DNA of 27,186 nucleotides from a bacterium. GTDB lineage: Bacteria; JAMCPX01. Shown here piece after piece: positions 1 to 10,288 of the stretch; position 1 is the first letter of the stretch, and the number at the start of each line of letters is the position of its first letter. Location: contig JBBIVV010000030.1 of assembly GCA_037439545.1 (NCBI GenBank), positions 1 to 27,186 of the forward strand, read 5' to 3'. The notes beneath the pieces are model-generated. The model did not search any database. It was given only the letters and a program-made list of their open reading frames with translations, and was not told the DNA's origin. The position numbers were made by a program, and so were the translations under genes.

Positions 1-6
1 GGATGA

Positions 7-3000
7 ATGCCAAAAAGAAGAGATTTAAATAAGATTATGCTTATAGGTTCGGGCCCTATCGTCATAGGGCAGGCGTCCGAGTTCGATTACTCGGGCACGC
101 AGTCATGCAAGGCTTTAAAAGCAGAGGGCATAGAGGTCGTACTGGTTAACAGCAACCCCGCAACCATAATGACAGATCCCGAATTCGCAGATAAAACATA
201 CATAGAGCCTATAACTCCGGATATACTCAGGAAGATTATTGCGGCAGAAAGGCCTGATGCGATGTTGCCTACCATGGGCGGACAGACAGCACTGAACATG
301 GCAGTTGCGCTCTCGGATTCCGGGGTTTTGAAGCAGTACGGGGTTGAACTTATAGGTGCAAGGATTGATACGATCAAGAAAGCAGAGGACAGGGAGCTTT
401 TCAAGTCTTCGATACAGAAGATAGGGCTCAAAGTCCCGTTCAGCAAATACACACGCTCGAAGGAAGAGGCAGCAAAATTTGCGAGAGAAATAGGGTTTCC
501 CGTGATTATAAGGCCCTCGTTTACTCTCGGAGGTACAGGCGCAAGCATTGCATACAATATAGAGGAGTTTGAAGACAAGGTGGAGTACGGGCTCAGCGTG
601 AGTCCCTCGCATGAAGTATTACTGGAAGAATCCGTTCTTGGATGGAAGGAATTCGAGCTTGAAATGATGAGGGACAAGAACGATAACTGCATCGTGGTGT
701 GCTCAATAGAAAATTTTGACCCCATGGGTGTCCATACGGGAGACAGCATTACCATTGCTCCTGCACAAACGCTTACCGATAAAGAATATCAGAACATGCG
801 TGATGCCGCCATAAAGATCATGAGGGAGATCGGCATAGAAAGCGGCGGATCGAACATACAATTCGCCGTAGATCCTTCAAACGGAGATTCGGTTGTCATT
901 GAGATGAACCCCCGCGTATCCAGAAGCTCTGCGCTTGCATCGAAAGCTACGGGATATCCGATAGCAAAAGTCGCTACGAAACTTGCCATCGGGTATACGC
1001 TCGATGAGATTACAAACGATATTACGAAAAATACAAAAGCTTCATTTGAGCCGACGATCGATTATATCGTCACGAAGATACCCAAGTTTACATTCGAGAA
1101 ATTCCCGCAGGCAGATGATACGCTTACCACGCAGATGAAATCTGTCGGTGAAGTTATGGCAATAGGAAGGACATTCAAAGAGTCATTCCAGAAAGCATTG
1201 CGGTCGCTTGAGTCGGGCGTGTACGGCATGGTGCCGAGGATCAAAGCGTATGATTATAACACCATTCATGCGAATGAAAAGACGGTCTCAGGGCTGAAAA
1301 GGCCTTCTCCGGACCAAATCTTCTTCATAGGGGATGCACTGAGAATGGGGTTTTCAATCGATGAAATCCACACACATACGATGATAGACCCGTGGTTTTT
1401 GAATAATATAAAAGAGATCATAGCGTATGAGGATACCATAAAGCCGCTGAAAGGATATTCTCTGTCCGAAGAATCAGCGATCACTGTTATAAAGAATGCA
1501 AAAAAAATGGGGTTTGCGGACAGATACATTGCAGACCTGCTTGGCGTTGCTGAATCGGCGGTAAAAAAGGTCCGTACGGGCAATGAGATCAAACCCGTCT
1601 ATAAGGTGGTCGATACCTGCGGTGCGGAATTTGAGGCATATACGCCTTACCTGTATTCGACCTATGAAAAAGAGAATGAATCCGTCGTATCGGGCAGAAA
1701 GAGGGTCATTATTCTGGGAAGCGGTCCGAACAGGATTGGCCAGGGGATAGAATTCGACTATTGCTGTGTGCATGCAAGTTTTGCATTAAGGGAAGAAGGG
1801 TATGAATCGATTATGATCAATTCGAACCCGGAAACCGTGAGTACCGATTATGACACATCGGATAAATTGTATTTTGAGCCCGTTACCTATGAAGATGTCA
1901 TGAATATTGTGGAGCTCGAGAACCCGCATGGCATCATAGTGCAGTTCGGCGGACAAACGCCTCTAAAGCTTTCCAAGAGATTGGAAGCAGCCGGCGTTCA
2001 GGTGCTCGGCACGTCACCTGAGAGTATAGACATAGCTGAGGACAGGAAAAGATTCAGGGAACTGCTCGAGAGGATAGGGCTGAAACAGCCGACAAGCCTT
2101 ACAGCCACATCGATTGAAGAGGCCATAAGGATCGGGAACACCATCGGATTCCCCCTTATTTTAAGACCGTCGTACGTGCTGGGCGGCAGGGCAATGGAGA
2201 TTGTTTATGATAGCGAGAGTCTTGTGGAGTACATGGGGAAGGCCGTGAATATAAGCGATGACAAGCCTGTACTCGTGGACAAATTCCTTGAGAATGCAAC
2301 CGAAATAGACGTCGATGCGATATCCGACGGTGATAGTGTGGTGATTGGCGGTATTATGGAGCATATTGAAGAAGCAGGCATACACTCCGGTGACAGTGCA
2401 TGTTCACTCCCGCCCTTTTCGCTGTCGAAACACCTTATAAATGAGATCACACGGCAGACGAAGATACTCACCAAGTCATTGGATGTCATAGGTCTTATCA
2501 ATATCCAGTTTGCCGTAAAAAACAATGAAGTATATATACTCGAAGTCAACCCAAGGGCAAGCAGGACAATACCGTTTGTCTCAAAGTCAATAGGTGTGCC
2601 GCTTGCAAAGCTTGCCACAAAAGTAATGCTCGGCAAAAAGCTCAAGGATTTAGGCTTTACAAAAGAAGTTATTACTGATTATATTACGGTAAAAGAGGCG
2701 GTCTTGCCGTTTATGAAACTGCCGGGGGTGGACACACTGCTGGGGCCGGAGATGAAATCAACAGGCGAGGTTATGGGGGTTGACAGAAGTTTTGCACTTG
2801 CTTTTGCAAAATCGCAGTTAGCAGCCAACACCATACTGCCGTTGAAGGGCACTATTTTTATAAGTGTGAAGGACAATGATAAAATGCTGATACTCCCTAT
2901 TGCAAAAAACTTGAAGGAGCTCGGGTTTAATATAGTTGCGACCCGCGGCACTGCTGAGGTGCTGAAGTCGAGCGACATTGAGGTAAGAATTGTGAATAAA

Positions 3001-3267
3001 GTGCAGGAAGGCAGGCCTCATATCGTTGATTTAATTAAGAACGGAGATATTTCGCTGCTCATCAATACGACATTCGGGAAGAAATCAATAAAAGACTCAT
3101 ACTCTATAAGGAGATCTGCCATTACGTATAATATCCCGTATTATACCACAATAGAAGGTGCCGATGCAGCTTATAAAGCTATTGTTGCACTGATCCATGG
3201 GGATATTTCAGTTACGCCTATTCAGAACTTATATAAAACGGTCGAGAATAAAGCAGATAGGAGCTAA
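7..3267 (+). CDS. carB: Carbamoyl-phosphate synthase large subunit
   Basis: 1086 aa. N-terminal [22 protein letters not shown], duplicated ATP-grasp halves ([35 protein letters not shown]) and a C-terminal MGS-like domain. A TGA at 4-6 abuts the ATG, suggesting an upstream coupled gene. Confidence 0.99.
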   Translation: MPKRRDLNKIMLIGSGPIVIGQASEFDYSGTQSCKALKAEGIEVVLVNSNPATIMTDPEFADKTYIEPITPDILRKIIAAERPDAMLPTMGGQTALNMAVALSDSGVLKQYGVELIGARIDTIKKAEDRELFKSSIQKIGLKVPFSKYTRSKEEAAKFAREIGFPVIIRPSFTLGGTGASIAYNIEEFEDKVEYGLSVSPSHEVLLEESVLGWKEFELEMMRDKNDNCIVVCSIENFDPMGVHTGDSITIAPAQTLTDKEYQNMRDAAIKIMREIGIESGGSNIQFAVDPSNGDSVVIEMNPRVSRSSALASKATGYPIAKVATKLAIGYTLDEITNDITKNTKASFEPTIDYIVTKIPKFTFEKFPQADDTLTTQMKSVGEVMAIGRTFKESFQKALRSLESGVYGMVPRIKAYDYNTIHANEKTVSGLKRPSPDQIFFIGDALRMGFSIDEIHTHTMIDPWFLNNIKEIIAYEDTIKPLKGYSLSEESAITVIKNAKKMGFADRYIADLLGVAESAVKKVRTGNEIKPVYKVVDTCGAEFEAYTPYLYSTYEKENESVVSGRKRVIILGSGPNRIGQGIEFDYCCVHASFALREEGYESIMINSNPETVSTDYDTSDKLYFEPVTYEDVMNIVELENPHGIIVQFGGQTPLKLSKRLEAAGVQVLGTSPESIDIAEDRKRFRELLERIGLKQPTSLTATSIEEAIRIGNTIGFPLILRPSYVLGGRAMEIVYDSESLVEYMGKAVNISDDKPVLVDKFLENATEIDVDAISDGDSVVIGGIMEHIEEAGIHSGDSACSLPPFSLSKHLINEITRQTKILTKSLDVIGLINIQFAVKNNEVYILEVNPRASRTIPFVSKSIGVPLAKLATKVMLGKKLKDLGFTKEVITDYITVKEAVLPFMKLPGVDTLLGPEMKSTGEVMGVDRSFALAFAKSQLAANTILPLKGTIFISVKDNDKMLILPIAKNLKELGFNIVATRGTAEVLKSSDIEVRIVNKVQEGRPHIVDLIKNGDISLLINTTFGKKSIKDSYSIRRSAITYNIPYYTTIEGADAAYKAIVALIHGDISVTPIQNLYKTVENKADRS

Positions 3268-3269
3268 TC

Positions 3270-3761
3270 ATGCATAGATTTCCGGTTACAAAATCAGGGT
3301 ACGAAAGTTTAAAAGAAAAACTGAGAATACTTCAGCAGGTTGAAAGGCCAAAGGTAATCGTAGCGCTTGCAGAAGCAAGGAGCCACGGTGATTTAAGCGA
3401 GAATGCCGAATATGAAAGCGCTAAGGAAAAGCAGTCATACATAGACAGCAAGATAAGAGAAATAGAAAATAAACTTGCAAACGCAGAGATTATAGAGATC
3501 GACAAGAGCAAAATCGATGTAGGACAGGTTGCGTTTGGTGCTTATGTTTCTCTCAAAGAAACAGATACCTATAGTGTCGTGAGCTACCTTATAGTCGGGG
3601 AAGAAGAAGCCGATGTTAACAACGGAAGTATATCAGTTACCTCTCCGCTCGCGAGGGAACTTATAGGCTGCAGAAAAGGCGATATCATAGAGATACAGAC
3701 CACAAAGAAGATAAAAGAGTATGAGGTGCTGGAGATCTCCTATGATAAACTCTCAAAATAG
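3270..3761 (+). CDS. greA: Transcription elongation factor GreA
   Basis: ARSHGDLSENAEY motif and C-terminal ISVTSPLARELIG. The carB-greA order is common. Confidence 0.97.
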   Translation: MHRFPVTKSGYESLKEKLRILQQVERPKVIVALAEARSHGDLSENAEYESAKEKQSYIDSKIREIENKLANAEIIEIDKSKIDVGQVAFGAYVSLKETDTYSVVSYLIVGEEEADVNNGSISVTSPLARELIGCRKGDIIEIQTTKKIKEYEVLEISYDKLSK

Positions 3762-3775
3762 AATCCAGGGAATGC

Positions 3776-3820
3776 AATAAAAAAGTCGTTCACCGCTCGC
3801 AGCACGAACTTTTCTATTTT
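3776..3820. terminator. Imperfect inverted repeat between convergent genes; possible bidirectional terminator
   Basis: AATAAAAAAGTCGT ... ACGAACTTTTCTATT, with A/T tracts on both sides, downstream of greA. Confidence 0.4.
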
Positions 3821-3833
3821 CCGGATACATTTA

Positions 3834-3933
3834 CCCCGTGAGAAAGCCCCACCATTTATGGTGGGGATAATATGATAATTTTTAATTCCTTATAGAAAGG
3901 GCGTGGTTTAAAGCCACGTCCTTTCTCACCGGG
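3834..3933. mobile_element. 100-bp miniature non-autonomous palindromic element (MITE/REPIN-like)
   Basis: Terminal inverted repeats CCCCGTGAGAAAG (3834-3846) and CTTTCTCACCGGG (3921-3933) match 12/13. TTTA flanks both sides (3830-3833, 3934-3937). Internal hairpins lie at 3847-3866 and 3894-3926. The same left end recurs at 23251. Confidence 0.65.
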
Positions 3934-6143
3934 TTTACCGGCAGAATCTTTATCTTGCTGATTGCAAGGCTGTATGGATTTACATCCGGGAATCCGGATT
4001 GCATGAGGAACGGCTCGAACGGACCTTCCTCTACATGCAGTACAATGGTATTTTCACCGTCGTGGAGAAAGACGGATGGAATAGTTATCTTGCCGACATT
4101 CGGCGTCACAACAGACGATATGTCGAGATGAGCGAGGAGCGTTGCATCGGCAAACACATCCAGGTTCTCTATCTTTGCGAACGGCCTAAATACGGAAAAT
4201 TCAACAGTTGAATAGCCGCCTTTCCAATGTGAAAGCCTTATCTCGGCATCGTTCGACATCTTCCGGTAAGCATTACCGTTTTGATCGTATTCCGGTTCAT
4301 TCCAGCCCTTTCCGAGATAGACGATGGGTTTAAAAACTGGCTTTGACAGCCGCGGCACGTCAAACATCGCAGTGCTGTGATTTTCAAAAACCGGTTTGCC
4401 CATGATTCTGACCAGCTGTGTGTAGAACGCCTTTTCCGTATTTTTATCGAAGTCTGTGGATAAAAACGTCTTGTGCAGGATCAACGTGGAAATATTGTCA
4501 CGGTTCAACGCTGATATTCCGTAGGGTATGTATGCAGGGACGTCCCGTTGTATGATATCCCCATAGTCAAGCACCTGTGGTTCTCTGAATACCTGCAGCA
4601 GGGGATTCAAAAGCGTAAAATCGTCCGCATGATGAGGTGGTCCCGGTGTATGACCATAAACGATGGGTTTCAGATGACAGGTCTGATAATACATATAGGT
4701 GCAGGAATAGTTGGCATTGGGCGGAGCGAACTCATTGCCTGACGGCAGGTCGTAAATCACATCGATATTGTTACTGGTCTTTATCGTTTTATAAAGAGAG
4801 GGTATCTTTGCATCGGAGGTGTTAAAAGGCATGCCGGTCGTCGTTTCGATTGGAAGTATGACCGCAAGGATCACCGTTGCGATAATAGATGATATGTTCC
4901 TTCTCATAAACAGGGATAATGCCGCAGAAACAAAAATAGAAAGCATCAATTCCACGTCAAGACTGTATCTGTGAGGGAACCTCAGGAGGTGGGACAGAGG
5001 CGTTTTCCAGAGAACATAGTACGGCATCGGTATCATGTGGTATGTTTTCTGATAAGGAAACAGCACAGGACCTTCTATTTGGAGATACGGTCCGAGAGAC
5101 AGGATCAGCGTGATTATAAAGAAAAATACAAAAAAACCTTTCAATCTTATTTTTGATTTTAAAATACCGATAAACGTAAGTATCAGCACGGCATAACCGA
5201 TAAAATAATGGGAGATTGCCGGGTTCAAACGTGTGTGCGAATAAAATCTGCCCCACAAAAAATTACTGTGCGTGGGGAGAAAATAACCGAGCAGGTCCTC
5301 GGAATAGAGTATCGCATCCTGTGCCGCTCCATGTGCCGATTTAACAGCAGTAACGGTTTCTGCCCCGGGCAGGTAAAATAAAGATACAATGCCGGCAGTA
5401 ATGATTCCCGATGACAACAGCCCGAAAAACCTTTTTTCCGTGAAGATCAGCTTTCTGTCCCATAACAGAGCATAGAGTATGAACACGACTGCAAAGGTTA
5501 AAAGAAAATATACTGCTATGGAGGGATCTGACAGTGCTGTCAGTGCTGCAAAGCCTGTCATAAAAACAAAGTTCATTATGCTTTGTTTGTCGATGAAGCT
5601 CAAAAAAAACAGCAGGAACAAAGGTATGAATTCTATTGAAGCAAGGCCGAGCATGCCGCTGCTCACCACAAAATGATAGGTGGAAAACGTATAAACGATT
5701 CCACCGGTAAAAGCAGCCATGTCGTTCTTTATAAGCTTCTTGAGAAATAGAAATGCAAAAAAACCCGACAGAATGAAATGGAAAAGGATTGTGAGATTAT
5801 AGGTGATGAGATTTCCGAATATGAACTGAAACGGCAGGGAGCCAAGCTCATTCAAGGGCGTTGACCAGACCATGGGTATGTTATGTAGGGGATAATAGAT
5901 GGTATTATTGATAAGGGGACTCGTATGAAGGGTAAAGATAGCATATTTAAACCACCAGATGTCCCATAAGAACATATATGCGTCACCGCCTCCTATAACC
6001 CTGCTGCTGAGATGCAGAATGACCGGATAGGTAAATACGAGTGTCAAAATTACATAAGATATCAATGCAAGCTTATTACTGAAGCTATAAGGGGTGTTTC
6101 TATCTGCAACGGTAATGACCCTGCCTTTTAAAGAATGATTCAT
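3882..6143 (-). CDS. Polytopic membrane protein, probable GT-C-fold glycosyltransferase (YfhO/PMT-like) with a C-terminal extracytoplasmic domain
   Basis: 753 aa. About a dozen hydrophobic segments, GGDAYMFLWDIWW after TM1, LSLGP and RFPHRY motifs, then a soluble C-terminal beta-rich region. Confidence 0.7.
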   Translation of the reverse strand: MNHSLKGRVITVADRNTPYSFSNKLALISYVILTLVFTYPVILHLSSRVIGGGDAYMFLWDIWWFKYAIFTLHTSPLINNTIYYPLHNIPMVWSTPLNELGSLPFQFIFGNLITYNLTILFHFILSGFFAFLFLKKLIKNDMAAFTGGIVYTFSTYHFVVSSGMLGLASIEFIPLFLLFFLSFIDKQSIMNFVFMTGFAALTALSDPSIAVYFLLTFAVVFILYALLWDRKLIFTEKRFFGLLSSGIITAGIVSLFYLPGAETVTAVKSAHGAAQDAILYSEDLLGYFLPTHSNFLWGRFYSHTRLNPAISHYFIGYAVLILTFIGILKSKIRLKGFFVFFFIITLILSLGPYLQIEGPVLFPYQKTYHMIPMPYYVLWKTPLSHLLRFPHRYSLDVELMLSIFVSAALSLFMRRNISSIIATVILAVILPIETTTGMPFNTSDAKIPSLYKTIKTSNNIDVIYDLPSGNEFAPPNANYSCTYMYYQTCHLKPIVYGHTPGPPHHADDFTLLNPLLQVFREPQVLDYGDIIQRDVPAYIPYGISALNRDNISTLILHKTFLSTDFDKNTEKAFYTQLVRIMGKPVFENHSTAMFDVPRLSKPVFKPIVYLGKGWNEPEYDQNGNAYRKMSNDAEIRLSHWKGGYSTVEFSVFRPFAKIENLDVFADATLLAHLDISSVVTPNVGKITIPSVFLHDGENTIVLHVEEGPFEPFLMQSGFPDVNPYSLAISKIKILPVNPVRKDVALNHALSIRN

Positions 6144-7424
6144 TTATAATGCCGTCAGCTTTTTGCCCTTTGTTTCAGGAAACACCCATATCCATATTCC
6201 CGCCATCAGGGCAAACAAAGACGCAAGGGATATGCCTCCCCCGAGTCCGTATTTTTGTGCCACTATAACGATGACAAGCGGCGTGAAAAATTGCGCTCCC
6301 CTTGCAAGATTAAACGCAGTCCCCATTGCGGTGTTTCTTATCTTTGTCGGGAACAATTCCGACATGAGCGGACCGTAGCCGCCGAAAAATCCTGTTCCGA
6401 ACCCGACCATAAACATAAAGACGAGTATCACAGGGGGATAATTGGCGATAAAGTTCCACATCACTGTTATCATGACAAGCCCTGCAGCCATTAAAGATGC
6501 GTAAAGTGTGAACGCCGGTCTCCTGCCTGCCCAGTCGGCAACAAAACCGAATGTGGCGTAACCGATAAATCCTCCAGCCTGCGTTATGATCATCCACAAA
6601 CCGGACTTCGTCATGGAAAAGTGCCTCTGCTCATAGAGGTAGCCCGGAAGCCATGCATAGGTAAACCAGTAGGCAGACATAAGAAAAACAGCGAGGAGCA
6701 GTGCCTTTAAAAAGGCTGTCCTGTATTCTCTTGAAAACAACAAGAGCAATTTTCTGCCGTCTTCGTCTTTGGCGTTCTCCCGGGCCAGCTTTCCCTTTTC
6801 TATGAGCTGTGTGCGTTCTGCCCATAGGTCGGATTCCGGAAGTTTTTTCCTTATCAGGACTACAAGGACAGCAGGCAGGACCGAAACCATGAATGATGCG
6901 CGCCAGCCTATCAGAGGGGACACAAACCCGCCGACAACCGCAGCAAGCGCAACGCCAACGGGTGCTCCTGTTTGCATGAATGCGCCGAATCTGCCCCGCA
7001 CCTTCGGCGGAAACGTCTCCCCGACATACGTCTGGCCTGTTGCCCATTCCCCCCCTACGCCGATGCCGGTAATGATCCTGAAAAGAATGAGGAAATAGAA
7101 GTCCGGTGCAATTCCGCTTAAGAATGTTCCTATGCTGTAAGTGAGAATTGTCCACTGGAGAACGTTCCTCCTGCCGAAGCGATCTGCAAGTATACCGAAT
7201 AGTATGCCGCCTAAAGCAGTCGCAGCAAGTGATATACCGAGTATATAGGAGAGGTCTAAGTTTGATAACTGCAGTTCTTTGCCGATGGGGATGAGAAGAA
7301 ATGTGTAAAGCGTAAGATCATAAAAATCAAACACCCAGCCTGCCCATGCCATAAATAATATGTAGTAATGTTCTCTTACAGGTTTATCGTATTCATTTAA
7401 GAATTTCTTATACACATCAGGCAT
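6144..7424 (-). CDS. MFS transporter (organic acid/sialate:H+ symporter-like)
   Basis: 426 aa with a 12-TM pattern. DFYD in TM1, GILADRFGRR, RIITGIGVGGEW, ADWAGRR, SELFPTKIR and PETKG. Confidence 0.93.
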   Translation of the reverse strand: MPDVYKKFLNEYDKPVREHYYILFMAWAGWVFDFYDLTLYTFLLIPIGKELQLSNLDLSYILGISLAATALGGILFGILADRFGRRNVLQWTILTYSIGTFLSGIAPDFYFLILFRIITGIGVGGEWATGQTYVGETFPPKVRGRFGAFMQTGAPVGVALAAVVGGFVSPLIGWRASFMVSVLPAVLVVLIRKKLPESDLWAERTQLIEKGKLARENAKDEDGRKLLLLFSREYRTAFLKALLLAVFLMSAYWFTYAWLPGYLYEQRHFSMTKSGLWMIITQAGGFIGYATFGFVADWAGRRPAFTLYASLMAAGLVMITVMWNFIANYPPVILVFMFMVGFGTGFFGGYGPLMSELFPTKIRNTAMGTAFNLARGAQFFTPLVIVIVAQKYGLGGGISLASLFALMAGIWIWVFPETKGKKLTAL

Positions 7425-7430
7425 GTTTTA

Positions 7431-7459
7431 GCTATAAACCTACAAATTTATTTTGGCAA
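7431..7459 (-). promoter_or_regulatory. Candidate sigma70 promoter for the MFS gene (possibly leaderless)
   Basis: Minus strand TTGCCA-N17-TATAGC, then 6 nt to the ATG. No Shine-Dalgarno sequence. Confidence 0.45.
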
Positions 7460-7587
7460 GCAAACCCGGCCGGGACGCGCCGTTTTTATATGAGATTTGC
7501 TGCCCGGACCTTATACTATCAAAACTATTGACTATACATGCCGACTTATTAATTTATATATATATGGTGATAGTATGGATGTGTGCC

Positions 7588-7616
7588 TTGACATTAGCGT
7601 GACTGATTGATAAAAC
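7588..7616 (+). promoter_or_regulatory. Candidate sigma70 promoter for grpE-dnaK-dnaJ
   Basis: TTGACA (7588-7593), 17-nt spacer ending in TGn, TAAAAC (7611-7616). Confidence 0.5.
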
Positions 7617-7641
7617 AAACAAAGTTTATGATGAGGATCCG

Positions 7642-8409
7642 ATGTCTCCAAGAAAAAAAATAAACAGGAACAAAAAAATGGGAAACAATGAAGAAAATCA
7701 AAAAGATAAGGAACATGTGCCGGAGGGAAAAGAAGCGGCTGATGAAACTGCAGGCATCCAGGACTTGAGCGGGCATACGCCCGCAGGATCGGATCAGCAG
7801 ACTAAAGTAAAAGACAACGAGGACGATCAGCAGAAGGAAACTGCTGATGATTCTGCGAAAGTCACGGAGCAGCCGGAACAATCAGCAGAACCTTCACCGC
7901 CTGCGGCAGAGCCATCTGCGATAGATAAGCTGAAAGCCCAGAGTGACCAATTATCGAAAGAATCAGCCTTGTATAAGGATAAATGGTTACGAAGTGAAGC
8001 AGATATGGATAATTATAAGAAGCGGGTCCACAAGGAGAAACTTGAACAGTTGAGGTATGGAAATGAGACCTTGATCCGTGAAATCCTTCCGGTGATCGAT
8101 AACCTTGAACGTGCGGTTGAGTATTCAAAAATTCATTCACAGAAAGACAGCCTTTATGAAGGGGTTGAACTTACACTCAAGATGTTAAAAAAGGTTATAG
8201 ATAGTTTTGGCGTTCGCACCGTTGAAACAGTCGGACAGATGTTTGATCCGAACTTTCATGAAGGACTCGGTGTAGAAGAGTCCGAGGGAAATGAAGACAA
8301 TATCATAGTAAGAGAGGTCGAAAGGGGATATCTTTATAATGACAGACTGCTGCGGTCTGCGAAGGTTATTGTCGGCAAGAAGGCAGTACCGGTAAAAGCC
8401 GGAGAATAA
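7642..8409 (+). CDS. grpE: Nucleotide exchange factor GrpE with a long acidic N-terminal extension
   Basis: LRSEADMDNYKKR, LPVIDNLERA, FDPNFHE and GYLYNDRLLRSAKVIV. Lies directly upstream of dnaK. Confidence 0.96.
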   Translation: MSPRKKINRNKKMGNNEENQKDKEHVPEGKEAADETAGIQDLSGHTPAGSDQQTKVKDNEDDQQKETADDSAKVTEQPEQSAEPSPPAAEPSAIDKLKAQSDQLSKESALYKDKWLRSEADMDNYKKRVHKEKLEQLRYGNETLIREILPVIDNLERAVEYSKIHSQKDSLYEGVELTLKMLKKVIDSFGVRTVETVGQMFDPNFHEGLGVEESEGNEDNIIVREVERGYLYNDRLLRSAKVIVGKKAVPVKAGE

Positions 8410-8459
8410 GCAGTATGATTTTATCAGGGACGATAGAAGTTTTCAGGAAGGGGGGGTAA

Positions 8460-10286
8460 ATGGGCAGAACAATAGGTATTGATCTTGGCACCTCATACTC
8501 ATGTGTTGCGTATATGGAAGGGGATGCACCTGTTGTAATACCGAATGCAGAAGGAGGGAGGACTACGCCTTCCATGGTTGCTATCAACGATAAAGCAACC
8601 TTACTTATCGGTAACCTTGCAAAGAGACAGTCTGTTACCAACGCAGAAAACACCATTTTTGCCGTAAAGAGGCTCATCGGAAGAAAGTATGATTCTCCCG
8701 AAGTGACGCAAACAGCAAAAATAGCTTCTTATAAGATCGTGTCTGCCGATAATGATGATGCCTGGGTCGAGATCGGCAGGAAGAAAATGAGCCCATCTGA
8801 AATATCGGCATATATACTTACAAAGATGAAAGAATATGCAGAGGATTTTCTCGGTGAAAAGATAGAGGACGCCGTTATTACGGTGCCTGCTTATTTCAAT
8901 GACAGCCAGCGTCAGGCGACAAAGGATGCCGGGAAGATTGCAGGGTTGAACGTACTCAGAATCATTAATGAACCGACCGCAGCCTCGCTTGCGTATGGAA
9001 TCAATAAGGATCAAAATGTAAAGATCGCTGTTTTTGATCTTGGAGGCGGAACGTTCGACGTATCCGTACTGGAATTGAATGAAGGCGTATTTGAGGTGCT
9101 TGCGACCAACGGGAATACTTTCCTCGGAGGTGAAGATTTTGACAGAGCACTGGCCAACTGGCTGGTGGAGGATTTTAAACAGCAATCAGGCATCGATATC
9201 CTCAATGATAAGATGGCCATGCAGAGAGTAAAGGATGCGGCAGAAAAGGCAAAGATGGAGCTCTCCACACTCAAAGAAACAGAGGTCAATCTTCCGTTCA
9301 TTGCAGCAGATGCTTCTGGGCCGAAACACCTTGCCAAGACGATTACCAGGGCACAGTTCGAATCCCTCGTTAACGCTCTCATAGACAAGCTTACGGAGCC
9401 CTGCGAGCTGGCATTAAAGGATGCAAATCTCCAGAAAGAAAATATAGACAGCATTATTCTCGTAGGCGGGATGACCAGAATGCCTGCTGTGGTGAAAAAG
9501 GCGGAAGAAATATTCGGTAAGCCGCCCGTAAAAGAAGTGAATCCCGATGAAGTGGTGGCAATGGGTGCAGCCATTCAGGGGGCTGTTCTTAAAGGGGTCG
9601 TGAAGGATGTCATTCTGCTCGATGTGACCCCGCTTTCTCTCGGGGTTGAAACCCAGGGGGGAGTTTTTACAAAGATCTTACCGCGTAACACAACGATCCC
9701 GACAAAAAAAACAATGACCTTTTCAACGACAGAGGACGATCAGGATTTTGTCAATATACATATCTTACAGGGTGAGAGGGAACTTGCGAAAGATAACCAG
9801 AGTCTTGCAAAATTCCAGCTCATCGGGATTCCTCCTGCTCCGAGGGGAGTACCGCAGATTGAAGTAACCTTCGACATCGATGCGAACGGTATTATGCATG
9901 TCAGGGCAAAGGACCGCGGAACCGGGAAAGAACAGAAGATAAAGATTACCGCAGGCAGCGGATTATCGGAAGAACAGATAAACAAGATAATAGGTGATGC
10001 ACAGCAGCATGAGGTGGACGACAAGAAAAGAAAAGAACTGGTCGATCTTCGCAACAAAGCAGACGGCCTTCTCTATGCAGCCGCACGTTCACTCAATGAA
10101 TACAAGCACCTCCTTACCGCAGAGGATTCCAATAATATAATTTCAGCAATAGATGATTTAAAAAAGAAGAGAGATACGGATGATACAGCGGTCCTTGAAA
10201 GCGCAATTAATTCACTAAGCACATTTTCACATAAGATTGCAGAGATGCTATATCAGAAAGCTGAAACAGAGGAGAAAAAGTCATAG
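8460..10286 (+). CDS. dnaK: Hsp70 chaperone DnaK
   Basis: [42 protein letters not shown] and [18 protein letters not shown]-rich RBS upstream. Confidence 0.97.
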   Translation: MGRTIGIDLGTSYSCVAYMEGDAPVVIPNAEGGRTTPSMVAINDKATLLIGNLAKRQSVTNAENTIFAVKRLIGRKYDSPEVTQTAKIASYKIVSADNDDAWVEIGRKKMSPSEISAYILTKMKEYAEDFLGEKIEDAVITVPAYFNDSQRQATKDAGKIAGLNVLRIINEPTAASLAYGINKDQNVKIAVFDLGGGTFDVSVLELNEGVFEVLATNGNTFLGGEDFDRALANWLVEDFKQQSGIDILNDKMAMQRVKDAAEKAKMELSTLKETEVNLPFIAADASGPKHLAKTITRAQFESLVNALIDKLTEPCELALKDANLQKENIDSIILVGGMTRMPAVVKKAEEIFGKPPVKEVNPDEVVAMGAAIQGAVLKGVVKDVILLDVTPLSLGVETQGGVFTKILPRNTTIPTKKTMTFSTTEDDQDFVNIHILQGERELAKDNQSLAKFQLIGIPPAPRGVPQIEVTFDIDANGIMHVRAKDRGTGKEQKIKITAGSGLSEEQINKIIGDAQQHEVDDKKRKELVDLRNKADGLLYAAARSLNEYKHLLTAEDSNNIISAIDDLKKKRDTDDTAVLESAINSLSTFSHKIAEMLYQKAETEEKKS

Positions 10287-10288
10287 CA

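Noticed and set aside
87..3021. Numerous antisense ORFs within carB, and likewise within dnaK, the HD-GYP gene and others
   Set aside because: They are shadow frames of well-supported genes, with no recognisable motifs or RBS.
7594..7620. TTAGC... upstream of grpE as a CIRCE element
   Set aside because: Only TTAGC matches. There is no TTAGCACTC-N9-GAGTGCTAA inverted repeat.
7642..7910. Long acidic N-terminal extension of GrpE as a novel domain
   Set aside because: Disordered, variable-length N-termini are common in GrpE, and the segment is low-complexity.
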